This document shows, piece by piece, positions 38,615 through 47,792 of a stretch of 64,000 bases of DNA. Below the pieces are notes generated by a model, which worked only from the letters and a program-made list of their open reading frames with translations, was not told the DNA's origin and did no database searches. Location of the stretch: the NCBI GenBank assembly GCA_963847375.1, contig CAWJZO010000001.1, positions 1,346,124 through 1,410,123 on the forward strand, written 5' to 3'. The DNA comes from an uncultured Chloroflexia bacterium. Lineage in GTDB: Bacteria; Chloroflexota; Limnocylindria; QHBO01. The translations under genes and the position numbers were made by a program. The number at the start of each line of letters is the position of its first letter. Position 1 is the stretch's first letter.

Positions 38615-38857
38615 TCAGTGGCCGCCTTGGACGGCCGCGCCTCCGTCGCCGGCCTGGAACATGCCCAGCGCGCCGCGTCCGACGAAGTTGAAGGCGTGAG
38701 TCACGTTCGGGTACATGCCGTCCTCGTCGAAGCGCATCTCGACGATGGCGCCCTGTGCCGGTGCGAGGTCGACTGCCTGGCTGCCCCAGTTGCCTTCGTT
38801 GCCTTCCGTGAGGTGGACGCCCCTGCGCTCGAGTGGCGAGCTGGGCCTGGTACCCAA
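38615..38857 (-). pseudogene. C-terminal remnant of a cupredoxin / multicopper-oxidase-like gene
   Basis: ...AIVEMRFDEDGMYPNVTHAFNFVGRGALGMFQAGD resembles the last cupredoxin strand region. Its stop abuts the next start (TGATCATG). Only ~340 nt are available before the next gene, so the N-terminus is missing. Confidence 0.4.
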
Positions 38858-38953
38858 GGCGGGCCAAGGTCCGACATCGCACGGCCCGCCCGATGCGGCG
38901 TGACCCCGCCATGCGCGGCCTCGCCTGTTGACGCCGCATGGCGTCCCGATCTG

Positions 38954-39460
38954 CTACTCGGGGAAGTCGGTGGGGCGTTGCGCGTAGGCCCACATTGCGG
39001 TGGGCTCGGCGCGGAATAAGACGATGTCGTTGCCCCAGGAGTACGGGTCCGAGTCATACGCCGAGGTCCAGGTCGAGTGAATCTCGGCGTGGTCTGCATG
39101 GTCGCGCGTGATCCACTCCGCCCTGCCGTGGACGACGATGGCGACCGCGTCGCCGACCATGTGAACGAGACTGCAGGCCGGGTTGTGGCGCAGATTGGCG
39201 ACACGCGCTGCCGAGCTGTCGGTTGAGAGCGTGAAGCGCCCACGCACGAACACGGAGTCGAGCGGTGAGACGCGGGGCTCGCCGGCCGGTGTCACTGATC
39301 CGAACGCGACGTACTTGACGCCGTCGAGGTAGCGCACCACCTGACTGGCGCGCAGTCGCTTGTCAGGCGTCACGATGCTCGCCATGTGCGGGCTGATGTC
39401 GGCGAGAGTTTCGTCCATCAGTAGCTGCAGGAACTCGATGTCCGCGGCGGTCTCGCGCAT
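38954..39460 (-). CDS. pyridoxamine 5'-phosphate oxidase family protein
   Basis: 168 aa. YVAFGSVTPAGEPRVSPL...NLRHNPACSL motifs. Confidence 0.8.
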   Translation of the reverse strand: MRETAADIEFLQLLMDETLADISPHMASIVTPDKRLRASQVVRYLDGVKYVAFGSVTPAGEPRVSPLDSVFVRGRFTLSTDSSAARVANLRHNPACSLVHMVGDAVAIVVHGRAEWITRDHADHAEIHSTWTSAYDSDPYSWGNDIVLFRAEPTAMWAYAQRPTDFPE

Positions 39461-39553
39461 AACCGACTCACCATACTGCCGGTGCCAAGGGCTTAAGGAA
39501 GTCGCGTCGGACGAGGCGCGGACCGGGGTGCCGCCAGGTTAGGCGGTGCGGGA

Positions 39554-39719
39554 GCGCTGTGGCACAATGCCGGTCGAGTTATCCGCTCTGCTTGAGCGGG
39601 AAATCGGCGCCCGTAGCTCAGTGGATCAGAGCAGCTGACTTCGGACCATCTCGGCCGATGCGCTGTAGCACCGAGCCTGGGCGGGGGAGCGTTGAGGGTC
39701 GGGTTATCCGCTCTCTTCC
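39554..39719 (+). repeat. tRNA-half-like repeat, copy E (long form: leader, head, arm)
   Basis: Leader GCGCTGTGGCACAATGCCGGTCGAGTTATCCGCTC-TGCTT-GAGCGG. Head from 39607. Arm ends GGGTTATCCGCTCTCTTCC. Confidence 0.9.
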
Positions 39720-39808
39720 GGGTGCCAGACCGCGGCACCGATTGACATCGCATGGCCATCAGCTGTCCGCCGATTGGCTCGACGGCGCGCGTGAGCAGGG
39801 GAGCGGGT

Positions 39809-40550
39809 CTACGGCTCGAACTCGATCGAGGCGAGGATCGTCTCCATCTCGGTGACGTCCGCGGGCGCGGACGTGGGGCGATGGTTCGCCACCACGACGA
39901 AGCGGGCGCTGGTGACATCGACCGTGTAGATCCGCGCCACCGATTCATGGCCCGCGGGAACTTGTTGCCGCATCGGTCGAGCCAGTCTGGAGCCCGATCG
40001 GCGGATCGCACTGCTCGACGTCGAGATCGGCCGGGACGGTCACCTCGATGACCTTCCAAGATTGCCCGCCGATCGTGACGTCCATCGGCGACGCTACGTC
40101 CGGGCCCGGCAGTGCGCGCAGCCCGGCGGCGAGGTCGTCGGCGGTCGGCCCGATGTCCAGCGGATCGTTTGGACCGCACGGATGGGCAAAGAGCCGATCC
40201 ACGATCGAAACGCTCCAGCCGACCTCGCGCCCCGATTCGTTCGCATGCTTCGAAATGGTCTGCCTCCCGTTCTCAGCGACCCAGCCGGCGGGCATCGTGA
40301 ATGAGAAGGTCGCCGGCGTCCACGGGCCTTTGGCGATGAAGTACCGCCCAGGCTCGATCGGGCCGCTGCCGGGGATGTGACGAGCGCCTTCGACGGTGAT
40401 CGGCGTCGGGCGTGGCGTGTGGGTTGCGGTTGCGGCGGCGAGAGCAGAAGATGTCGGATCCCTCGAGGAGGGCGACGCGGGCGTGTCACTGGCGCAGCCC
40501 GCGACCACGATCAGCGCCATCGCCGCTGGAACGATCTTGCTCACGAGCAC
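39809..40550 (-). pseudogene. lipoprotein gene interrupted by two frame changes
   Basis: Lipobox (IVVAGC|AS) after GTG ~40550. The frame of 39945-40667 ends at ...CDPPIGLQ. The expected continuation WLDRCGNKFPR and then GHESVARIYTVDVTSARFVVVANH...ILASIEFEP* lie in the other two frames (stop 39809-39811). Confidence 0.5.
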
Positions 40551-40668
40551 TACGTGGTGCGTTCGCGCTGCAAGACGGGTGTTGGCAGGCCACTGTCGGG
40601 CCACCACACGTCGGGCGGGAGTGCATCGAGATGGTGCGGCCAGCGCGCATGGCGGCGGACCAGCCAAG

Positions 40669-41608
40669 TCACCGGCCCGCCTCGGGCTCCGGCTCCAGCG
40701 ACCCGACGTCGGGGGCGTAGTCCGTCGCTACGAGAAGGCCGTCCTCGATCAGCGATGCCCACGCATAGAAGCGGAAGGTGGGCTCCTGCGTGCGCAGGCC
40801 GACGTTGAACTCCGCAACGTCGCCGGTCGACCCGCGGGCGAAGGGACGCCACTCGCCTGGGAAGTACGTGTCGACGTAGCGATCGCCGACCAGGCCGTAT
40901 GGCGCCCCGGTCGCCGACATGGTTCGACCAATGTCGAGCTCCGTGCGCCATGCGCGGTGGCCTATCTCGACGGTCGCGGGCATGTTGTCCATCCCCACCC
41001 TCACGTCCGGCACGCCGTCGCCGTTCGTATCCAGGACAAGCCCATAGGCGATCCATCGCTCTTGGGGATCCGCGGCCGGCAAGGGGAGGTCCGCGGCGAG
41101 GTCGACGTCGACAGCCCAGATGATCCCGTGTCGGGTGTTACTCGGCGTGGGACCCGAAAGACGGATCTCCTCGATGTCGAGCCATGGGGGCGCGGCAAGG
41201 CCCATGTCGCCAACGGGATCCGTGTACTGGCCGAGGTCGGCGTCCACGAGCGGCACGACAACCACGGCTCCTGACGGCTCGGCGCGAATTGGCACTGGCC
41301 AGTCCTGATCGAGGCTCGATGGGGTCCAAGTCAGTGCATCGACTGTGCGAGGCGCCTCGTCCACAGCCCAGGGCAGCGACAGCAGCCCGGAGCCCGATGG
41401 CAATGGTGCCGCTGACCGGGAGCGACAGGACGAGCGCGGCGGCCGCCAGCAAGAAAAGGCCGCGCCGGGTGCCGAAGCGACCTACCGGTGCCGGCGCCGT
41501 TTCTGCGATCTCCGCTAGGCTGGCATGCAGCGTCGCCGGAGCCGCCTCCCGTTCGCCGATCTCGGCCTGGTACCACGCCTGCAGCCGGCGCTCGAGATCG
41601 TCAGTCAT
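40669..41608 (-). pseudogene. anti-sigma factor with extracytoplasmic domain, split by a 1-nt frame change near 41390
   Basis: ORF 41138-41608 gives the N-terminus plus TM helix (...LFLLAAAALVLSLPVSGTIAIG). ORF 40669-41403 continues as SGLLSLPWAVDE... in the adjacent frame. It could alternatively be two overlapping genes with a TTG start. Confidence 0.45.
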
Positions 41609-42240
41609 CGGATTGTTCTCTTGTCATCGGCCGCCTCGATTAACGCCGCCAGCCGCTTCAGCGCATAGTGCAGGCGGGAGTGGATGGTGCCCGGACGGAC
41701 CCCGAGCTGCCTCGCGATCTGGTCCACGCTCAGATCGCGGTAAAACCGCAGCGCTACCACGACCCGGTGGTCTGGCGTGAGCTGCCTCAGCGCGGCGCCC
41801 ATGAGGTCCCGGTCATCGGACTGGGCGAACGCGTCACCCGTGGCCGCCCAGTCGGGTGGCTGGTCCTGGGTGTGCCAGCGCGCGGCGCGGGCCAACCGGT
41901 TGCGGCAGGTATTGACCAGGATGCGGTGGAACCAGCCCTCGAACTTCGCGACGTCTCGCAAGGTCGAAAACTGCCGCCACGCCACCACGACCGCATCATG
42001 CGTGGCATCCTCGGCATCGGTAGGATCGTGGATGATTGCCCGCGCCAAGCGATAGCTCGCGTCCAGGTGACGTTCGACGAGCTCCACGAAAGCGGTCGCA
42101 CGGGCGCTCGATGCGTCCGCGCTCAGGGCCTCCGCTCGCCGCACACCATCCACCTCAGCTCGTTGCGTCACGATGACATGACAATCGAGCGCAGCAAAAC
42201 CTTCATTCGAGACCCCGTGGCCTTCGGTGCCTGGGAGCAC
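41605..42240 (-). CDS. ECF-type sigma-70 family RNA polymerase sigma factor
   Basis: Region 2 (DAEDATHDAVVVAWRQF) and region 4 (LSVDQIARQLGVRPGTIHSRLHYALKRL). The true start is probably internal to the 211-aa ORF. Its stop overlaps the anti-sigma start. Confidence 0.8.
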   Translation of the reverse strand: MLPGTEGHGVSNEGFAALDCHVIVTQRAEVDGVRRAEALSADASSARATAFVELVERHLDASYRLARAIIHDPTDAEDATHDAVVVAWRQFSTLRDVAKFEGWFHRILVNTCRNRLARAARWHTQDQPPDWAATGDAFAQSDDRDLMGAALRQLTPDHRVVVALRFYRDLSVDQIARQLGVRPGTIHSRLHYALKRLAALIEAADDKRTIR

Positions 42241-42249
42241 CGACCGCGA

Positions 42250-42548
42250 CCGGCAGCTTCTTTATGCGGACGCATCGGCGCACCGACTGCTGTCCGACCT
42301 CGCTCCGTTGCTCACCGGCCGCCCTCGGGTGGACGTTCCATTGATCGTCGCGGGTGAACTCAATGTGCTGTACGGCTAGGCCAACACCTACGCGGAGTTG
42401 GGTCTATCCCAAAAGCGCTTAGCCGCATTCGAGAAGGCCCTTACTCGTAAGAAGGCGGCGAAGCCAAAGGACCCGAGTGTCCGGCGGAGAATCACATTTG
42501 AAAACGAGCCCTACGACACTCGAATGGAAGACGAGCCACTGGACTAGG
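42250..42548 (+). pseudogene. decayed gene fragment with TPR-like segment and internal stop
   Basis: Frame reads ...VDVPLIVAGELNVLYG*ANTYAELGLSQKRLAAFEKALTRKKAAKPKD...*. Visibly lower GC than the surroundings. No intact ORF on the track. Confidence 0.3.
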
Positions 42549-42658
42549 AGTGAGCCGTTCTGGGTATCACACTAAGTGTGGTCAGTGTGAAGCTTCGGAG
42601 GGCAGGCCCGATCCCGGCAGCTCTGCCGACTCTCTTCGCACGCTCAGGCACTGAGTAA

Positions 42659-42822
42659 GCGCTGTGGCACAATGCGGGGACGAGTTATCCGCTCAGTTTG
42701 AGCGTGAATCGGCGCCCGTAGCTCAGTGGATCAGAGCAGCTGACTTCGGACTATCCCGGCCGATGCGCTGTAGCCCGAGTGGGCCGGGGAGCGTAGAGCG
42801 TCGAGTTATCTGCTGTCTTCCT
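42659..42822 (+). repeat. tRNA-half-like repeat, copy F (long form)
   Basis: Leader GCGCTGTGGCACAATGCGGGGACGAGTTATCCGCTC-AGTTT-GAGCG. Head from 42712. Tail GTTATCTGCTGTCTTCC. Confidence 0.9.
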
Positions 42823-42829
42823 AAGCGTC

Positions 42830-43135
42830 TCGAGACTTACCGGTCGGCAGCGCTGGGAGGCGCCACGTCGACCCGGATGGCCGCATGACGCGCCCGATCT
42901 CGGCGAGGCCTGTCGCGGAGTCGGCCAGTGATGGACGGAGAAGGTGCTGACAACGACGTCGAACGAAGCATCGGGGAGTGGCAGCGGCGACGTCGCCACC
43001 GACGAACGACCGGACACCTGGCATCGCCTGCCCGGATCGCATTGGCCTCAGCGCGCACAACCATCACCAGGTCCAGGTCGAGGCCGGTGACCTCGAGACC
43101 CTGCTCGGCCAGCAGCACCGGTCCGTCCGTCGGGC
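42830..43135 (-). pseudogene. class I SAM-dependent methyltransferase remnant (both ends missing, at least 3 frame changes)
   Basis: Pieces are spread over three frames: VLLAEQGLEVTGLDLD...RAEANAIRAG, then VRSFVGGDVAA, then LPLPDASFDVVVSTFSVHHWP, then GLAEIGRVMRPSGS. It abuts the right edge of copy F. Confidence 0.55.
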
Positions 43136-44117
43136 TAGCTCCCGGAACCCCACTCGACATCGATTTCGTTGGCAGGTGTGTCGGTCACCTGCCACCGATC
43201 TGAGCCGTCCGGCCGGCTTATGATGAGTTCCGCGGCGAAGGCGCTGGTCGAGCGCGAGTAGGCAATCCATTCTCCGTCGGGCGACCACACTGCGCCGAAG
43301 AGGACGTATTCCGCCTCTCCGATCGTGCCGATCACGCTGCCATCAAGACTGATGACCATGATCGTGCCACCCGCTGATGTCAGCAGCGACGCGCCGTCTG
43401 GCGAGAAGCGTCCCGCATCCTCGAAGGCCAGCTCGCCGATGGCCTGCGGTTCGCCGCTGCCTGAGGCGTCCACGAAGAAGAGCGGGCCGGCTTCTTCATC
43501 GTCGGTGCGTTTGAAGACGAGCTGGCTGCCGTCGGGTGAGTAGTCGCCAGGCTGGTCGGACATCCCGTCTGGGGCCGCGCTAACCCGCAGAAGCTCGCCG
43601 CCATCCGAGGCGCGCACCGTGGAGATCCCGGCGCGTGTGGGGTCGGTGTCTCCCACGCCTCTCAGGCCAGTCGCGTGTCGTCGGGCGACCAGACCGTGCA
43701 GACGGCGTTCAGCGTCTCGTCAGGGATCTCGAGGATCCGGTCCACCGTCCCATCCGGTCCGATGATGGCAGTCCCGACCCGATCATCGTCGAGGATCGTC
43801 ATGACTGCGATCTGGCTGCCATCCTGCGACCAGCGGCCACCGCCCTCGGGGCAAGGGAGCGGAAGGTCCGATTCCCCGCTCCCATCCGGCCTGATGAGAT
43901 GGGTGCTGATGAACGTGTGTGTGCTCTCGTCGGACCGCGAGAACAAGAGCCATCCGCCCGGCAACCCGAAAGGTGGTGCTGCTGGGGCAGTCGGCGTAGG
44001 CCCCACTGTGGGGGACGCGATGGGTCTGCTCGCCGTGGATTCGCTGCTCGTCGCAGCGCCGCAAGCTGTGAATACGGCCACCCAGACGGCGAGGAGCGCT
44101 CGGGGCACGAGCCTCAC
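43135..44117 (-). pseudogene. TolB-like beta-propeller lipoprotein split by a frame change near 43660
   Basis: ORF 43662-44117 has the lipobox (VFTAC|G) and PD40-like repeats ending WSPDDTRLA*. ORF 43135-43656 continues (GDTDPTRAGISTVRASDGGELLRVS...YSPDGSQ..FSPDG..WSPDGEWIAY) in another frame. Confidence 0.6.
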
Positions 44118-44842
44118 TCGTTTGCCTCCTTCAATCAGGTCGCAATAGCGCTCGCGGGCAGCGACGACAGGCTACGCCTGAGATGCAACCGTGCGGCTGA
44201 TCCGTCGGTGGCTCATTTGCATCGGGCAGAAGAGATCACACGCTCCCGGACGTGAGTTTGAGCGTGCGGATAGCCCGATAACCACACGGCGCTCGCTCTC
44301 CGGAATCGTTCTCAGTCGGGCGGCACTCCATCGCTTACGGGGCGCGGAATGTCAACAAGGGCTCTAACGGGTTGAGCTAGCCGCCCGCGGTCGAGAGTGA
44401 CGATCCTATAAGGGCACGCGTGCCTGCGCCATCGGCGCGGAGGCGTTCAGCGGCGCTGCACGCGAGACTCCGTAATTACCTTTCTGGGGCGGACAGCCGA
44501 TCGTACTGAGGCCACGCGGATCCGGCTCGGTATACTTCAGGCTCCCCGGCAAGCCCGCACCGGACCCGATGGCGCAGGCATGAAGTTCCGCAAGGACGGG
44601 CTGGATTTGGCGGGTCGTTCATCCGGATCGAAGTCGTAGGCAACTGCTGCCTGTCGGGCTGATTCGCGCGCTCCGGACGCATCAAGGGCGCCGCAGGGCC
44701 TCCGGATTCAAGGGCCTGGGTGCAAGCGCTGGGGAGGTCGAGGACGACACGCTGGTGGTCACCGGCACGGCCCAGTCGTTACAACCTCACAGGGCATCGA
44801 GGTCGAGGTTGACACCCCGACCCTCAGTGAGATTTCGATGGG

Positions 44843-45008
44843 GCGCTGTGGCACAATGGCCGGCGAGTTATCCGCTCTGTTGAGCGTGAATCGTGCGCCC
44901 GTAGCTCAGTGGATCAGAGCAGCTGACTTCGGAGTATCTGGGCCCAAGCGCTGTAGCCCGAGCGCGGGATGGCGGAGCGTAGAGCGTCGAGTTATCCGCT
45001 CTCTTTCG
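44843..45008 (+). repeat. tRNA-half-like repeat, copy G (long form)
   Basis: Leader with TGGCACAAT (44849-44857). Perfect 15-bp direct repeat CGAGTTATCCGCTCT at 44864-44878 and 44988-45002. Hairpin CGCTC-TGTT-GAGCG. Head from 44895. Confidence 0.9.
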
Positions 45009-45065
45009 GGACTCGGAATTGCGGACGCGGTAGACCCCTCAGATCCCGTATCGCATGATGGCGCC

Positions 45066-47705
45066 GTGCCTGAGAACCTACCGCTAGGCACCGTCACCTT
45101 CCTGTTCACGGACATTGAGGGTTCCACGCATCTGGTCCAGGCATTGGGCCCGGACTACAGCACGGCTCTCGAGCGCCACGCTGCCATCGTGCGGCGGGCG
45201 CTTGCCGAACACGATGGGGTTGAAGTCAGTACTGAAGGTGATGCCTTCTTCGCCGCCTTCCAGTCAGCGCCGAAGGCTGTTGCGGCGGCTGTGGCCGTTC
45301 AGCAGAGGCTGGCAGACGCGAACTGGCCGAATGGCCACATCGTAAGGGTGCGAATTGGCCTGCATACGGGCGAGGGCAGGCTGGGCGGGGACAACTACAT
45401 TGGCCTCGATGTCCACCGCGCCGCGCGGATTGCGGCCGCCGGCCATGGTGGCCAAGTCCTGCTCTCGGCCGCGAGCCGCGTCCTCGTCGAAGATGCGCTG
45501 CCTGATGGTGTGACGGTGCGTGACCTGGGCACTCATCGGCTCAAAGACCTCGACCAGCCTGAGCACCTTGCGCAGCTCGTTATCACCGACCTCGACCAGG
45601 AATTCCCCGCAATCCGGACGCTTGAGATACCGAGCAATCTGCCGGCGGAGCTAACCAGCTTTGTCGGGCGCAAGCGCGAGGTCGATGAGGCATCGGACCT
45701 GTTGGCGAGCAACCGTCTCCTGACATTGACGGGTCCCGGCGGCACTGGGAAGACACGCCTCGCGCTTCACATCGCTGCCGGGATGCGCCCGGCATACCGT
45801 GATGGCGTCTTTTTCGTCGGTCTCGCACCACTCACCGATCCAGCGTTGGTGGGTCCCACGGTGGCGCATAGCCTGGGCCTGATCGAGGAGCCAGACCGCC
45901 CGATCCTCGACCTTCTCAAAGAGCACCTTGGGCCGCGAGAGATTCTGCTTCTCCTGGACAATTTCGAACACCTGCTCGAGGCAGCGGTGGTCATCGAGGA
46001 CCTCCTTGCTGCCGCACCGCGCCTGAAAGTCCTGGCTACCAGCCGAAGCAGCCTGAAGATATACGGCGAGCAGGAGTTCGCGGTCCCACCCCTCAAACTG
46101 CCGGACCCGAGCGCCGTAGGCGAATTGGAGCTGACATCGCGGTACGAGGCAGTGGCACTTTTCGTCGAGCGGGCTCGCGCGGTGAAGCCGGACTTCCGTA
46201 TCACCGATGAGAACGTTGGAGCCGTGGCGGAGATCTGCGTTCGGCTCGACGGGCTGCCACTCGCCATCGAGTTGGTCGCGAGCCGCATCCGGCTGCAGGA
46301 ACCTGGCGAGATTCTGGCCCGCTTCGAAGAGCAGCTGCCCCTGCTGATTAGTGGGGCGCGCAACCTGCCTGAACGGCAACGCACACTTCGTGGCGCGATC
46401 GAGTGGAGCTTTGAGCTTCTCGATGCGCCCCAGAAGTTGCTGTTCTGTCGTCTCGCCATCTTCTCAGGCGGCTGCACCCTCGACGCCGCGGAAGCCATTT
46501 GCAACCCCGACGGCGAGCTCCGGATCGCTACGTTGGAGGCGATGGCTGACCTGGTAGACCAGAGCCTCGTCCGGCGGACGGCGCAAGCAGGCGAGACGCG
46601 ATTCGGCATGCTGGAGACCATCCGCGAGTACGGTCGGGAGCAACTAGAGGCTGACGGCAGCATCCTTCAAGTCGGTCAAAGCCACCTCACCTACTTCAGG
46701 GAGCTGGGCCAGTCAGGGGAGCAGCATTTTCTCGGACCCGACCAGATCAGCTGGCTGGACCGTTTCGAGCGCGAGCACGACAACGTGCGGGCCGCTCTCA
46801 GTCGCGCGGTCGATACGAGCCAGACGGACGAGGCGCTGCTGCTGGCGGCTGCCGTGTGGCGGTTCTGGTTCCAGCGCGGCTACCTGCGCGAGGGTCGTGT
46901 CTGGCTGGAGCAGCTCATCGGCCTGCAGCCCAACGCCGTTTCCTCCGCGCGTGCCAAGGCGTGCATTGCATTGGGCGGCCTGACGTTCTGGCTTGGCGAT
47001 GCGGACGCGACCGAGTCGGCCTACGAAACGGCATTGCGCCTCTACGGCCAACTGGGGGACCGTGAGGCCGAGGCCGAGACGCTGTACAACCTGGCCTTCG
47101 TCCCCGTCATGCGCGGCGACGTCGATGGCGCTCGCGAACGGTTTCTGAACAGCCTTGCTATTGCGCGCGACATCGGCCGTGACGATCTCGTCGCAAAGAG
47201 CCAACTCCCACTCGGGATTTCCTTGAGAGAGGCCGGGGATCCGCTGTCGGCGGTGACGCTATTGCAGGAGGCGGTGACCTTCTTCCGCGAAACGAACGAT
47301 CGCTTCCAGCTTGCGTGGGGCCTCGGCGAACTAGCAACGACGCACCATGCAATGGGGCAGAGATCGGCAGCCTGGACGGGCTACCTGGAGGCACTTGGCC
47401 TCTTCTCCGACGCCAGGAATCTGCCCGGAATCGGTGCAACCCTGGACCTGGGGTCGGTACTTGCATCCTGGGAAGGCCGACACACGGCAGCCGTCCGCCT
47501 CACCGCCGCCGCAGACAAGCTGAGGGAAACGACAGGTGCCACATCCCCGCTGATGTTCACGCCGCAGCGGGATGTGGAAGATTTCGCCCGTCGAACGATC
47601 GGGGACGAGGCCGTCAAGAGCGCTATCGCCGAGGGCCGTCGCATGACGCTCGACGAGGCGATTGAGTACTCGCGTGCCATCGCGGACGGCTCAGCCAACG
47701 GTTGA
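45066..47705 (+). CDS. adenylate/guanylate cyclase domain - AAA/STAND ATPase - TPR protein
   Basis: GTVTFLFTDIEGST cyclase motif, P-loop GPGGTGKTRLA, C-terminal TPR repeats. Start set at GTG 45066, because the track ORF start at 44838 reads through repeat G. Confidence 0.85.
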   Translation: MPENLPLGTVTFLFTDIEGSTHLVQALGPDYSTALERHAAIVRRALAEHDGVEVSTEGDAFFAAFQSAPKAVAAAVAVQQRLADANWPNGHIVRVRIGLHTGEGRLGGDNYIGLDVHRAARIAAAGHGGQVLLSAASRVLVEDALPDGVTVRDLGTHRLKDLDQPEHLAQLVITDLDQEFPAIRTLEIPSNLPAELTSFVGRKREVDEASDLLASNRLLTLTGPGGTGKTRLALHIAAGMRPAYRDGVFFVGLAPLTDPALVGPTVAHSLGLIEEPDRPILDLLKEHLGPREILLLLDNFEHLLEAAVVIEDLLAAAPRLKVLATSRSSLKIYGEQEFAVPPLKLPDPSAVGELELTSRYEAVALFVERARAVKPDFRITDENVGAVAEICVRLDGLPLAIELVASRIRLQEPGEILARFEEQLPLLISGARNLPERQRTLRGAIEWSFELLDAPQKLLFCRLAIFSGGCTLDAAEAICNPDGELRIATLEAMADLVDQSLVRRTAQAGETRFGMLETIREYGREQLEADGSILQVGQSHLTYFRELGQSGEQHFLGPDQISWLDRFEREHDNVRAALSRAVDTSQTDEALLLAAAVWRFWFQRGYLREGRVWLEQLIGLQPNAVSSARAKACIALGGLTFWLGDADATESAYETALRLYGQLGDREAEAETLYNLAFVPVMRGDVDGARERFLNSLAIARDIGRDDLVAKSQLPLGISLREAGDPLSAVTLLQEAVTFFRETNDRFQLAWGLGELATTHHAMGQRSAAWTGYLEALGLFSDARNLPGIGATLDLGSVLASWEGRHTAAVRLTAAADKLRETTGATSPLMFTPQRDVEDFARRTIGDEAVKSAIAEGRRMTLDEAIEYSRAIADGSANG

Positions 47706-47792
47706 GACCACTGGCCGCGCTCGAGTGCAGGGATCGTCCGCGTGGCCGCCAACGAGGCCAACGAGCCCGTTGCCGATTAGACTTGGCGCGAC

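Noticed and set aside
39560-39573. Sigma-54 promoter in the leader (TGGCAC).
   Set aside because: The -12 element (TTGC) is not present at the required 4-5 nt spacing after TGGCAC. An extended -10 reading fits better.
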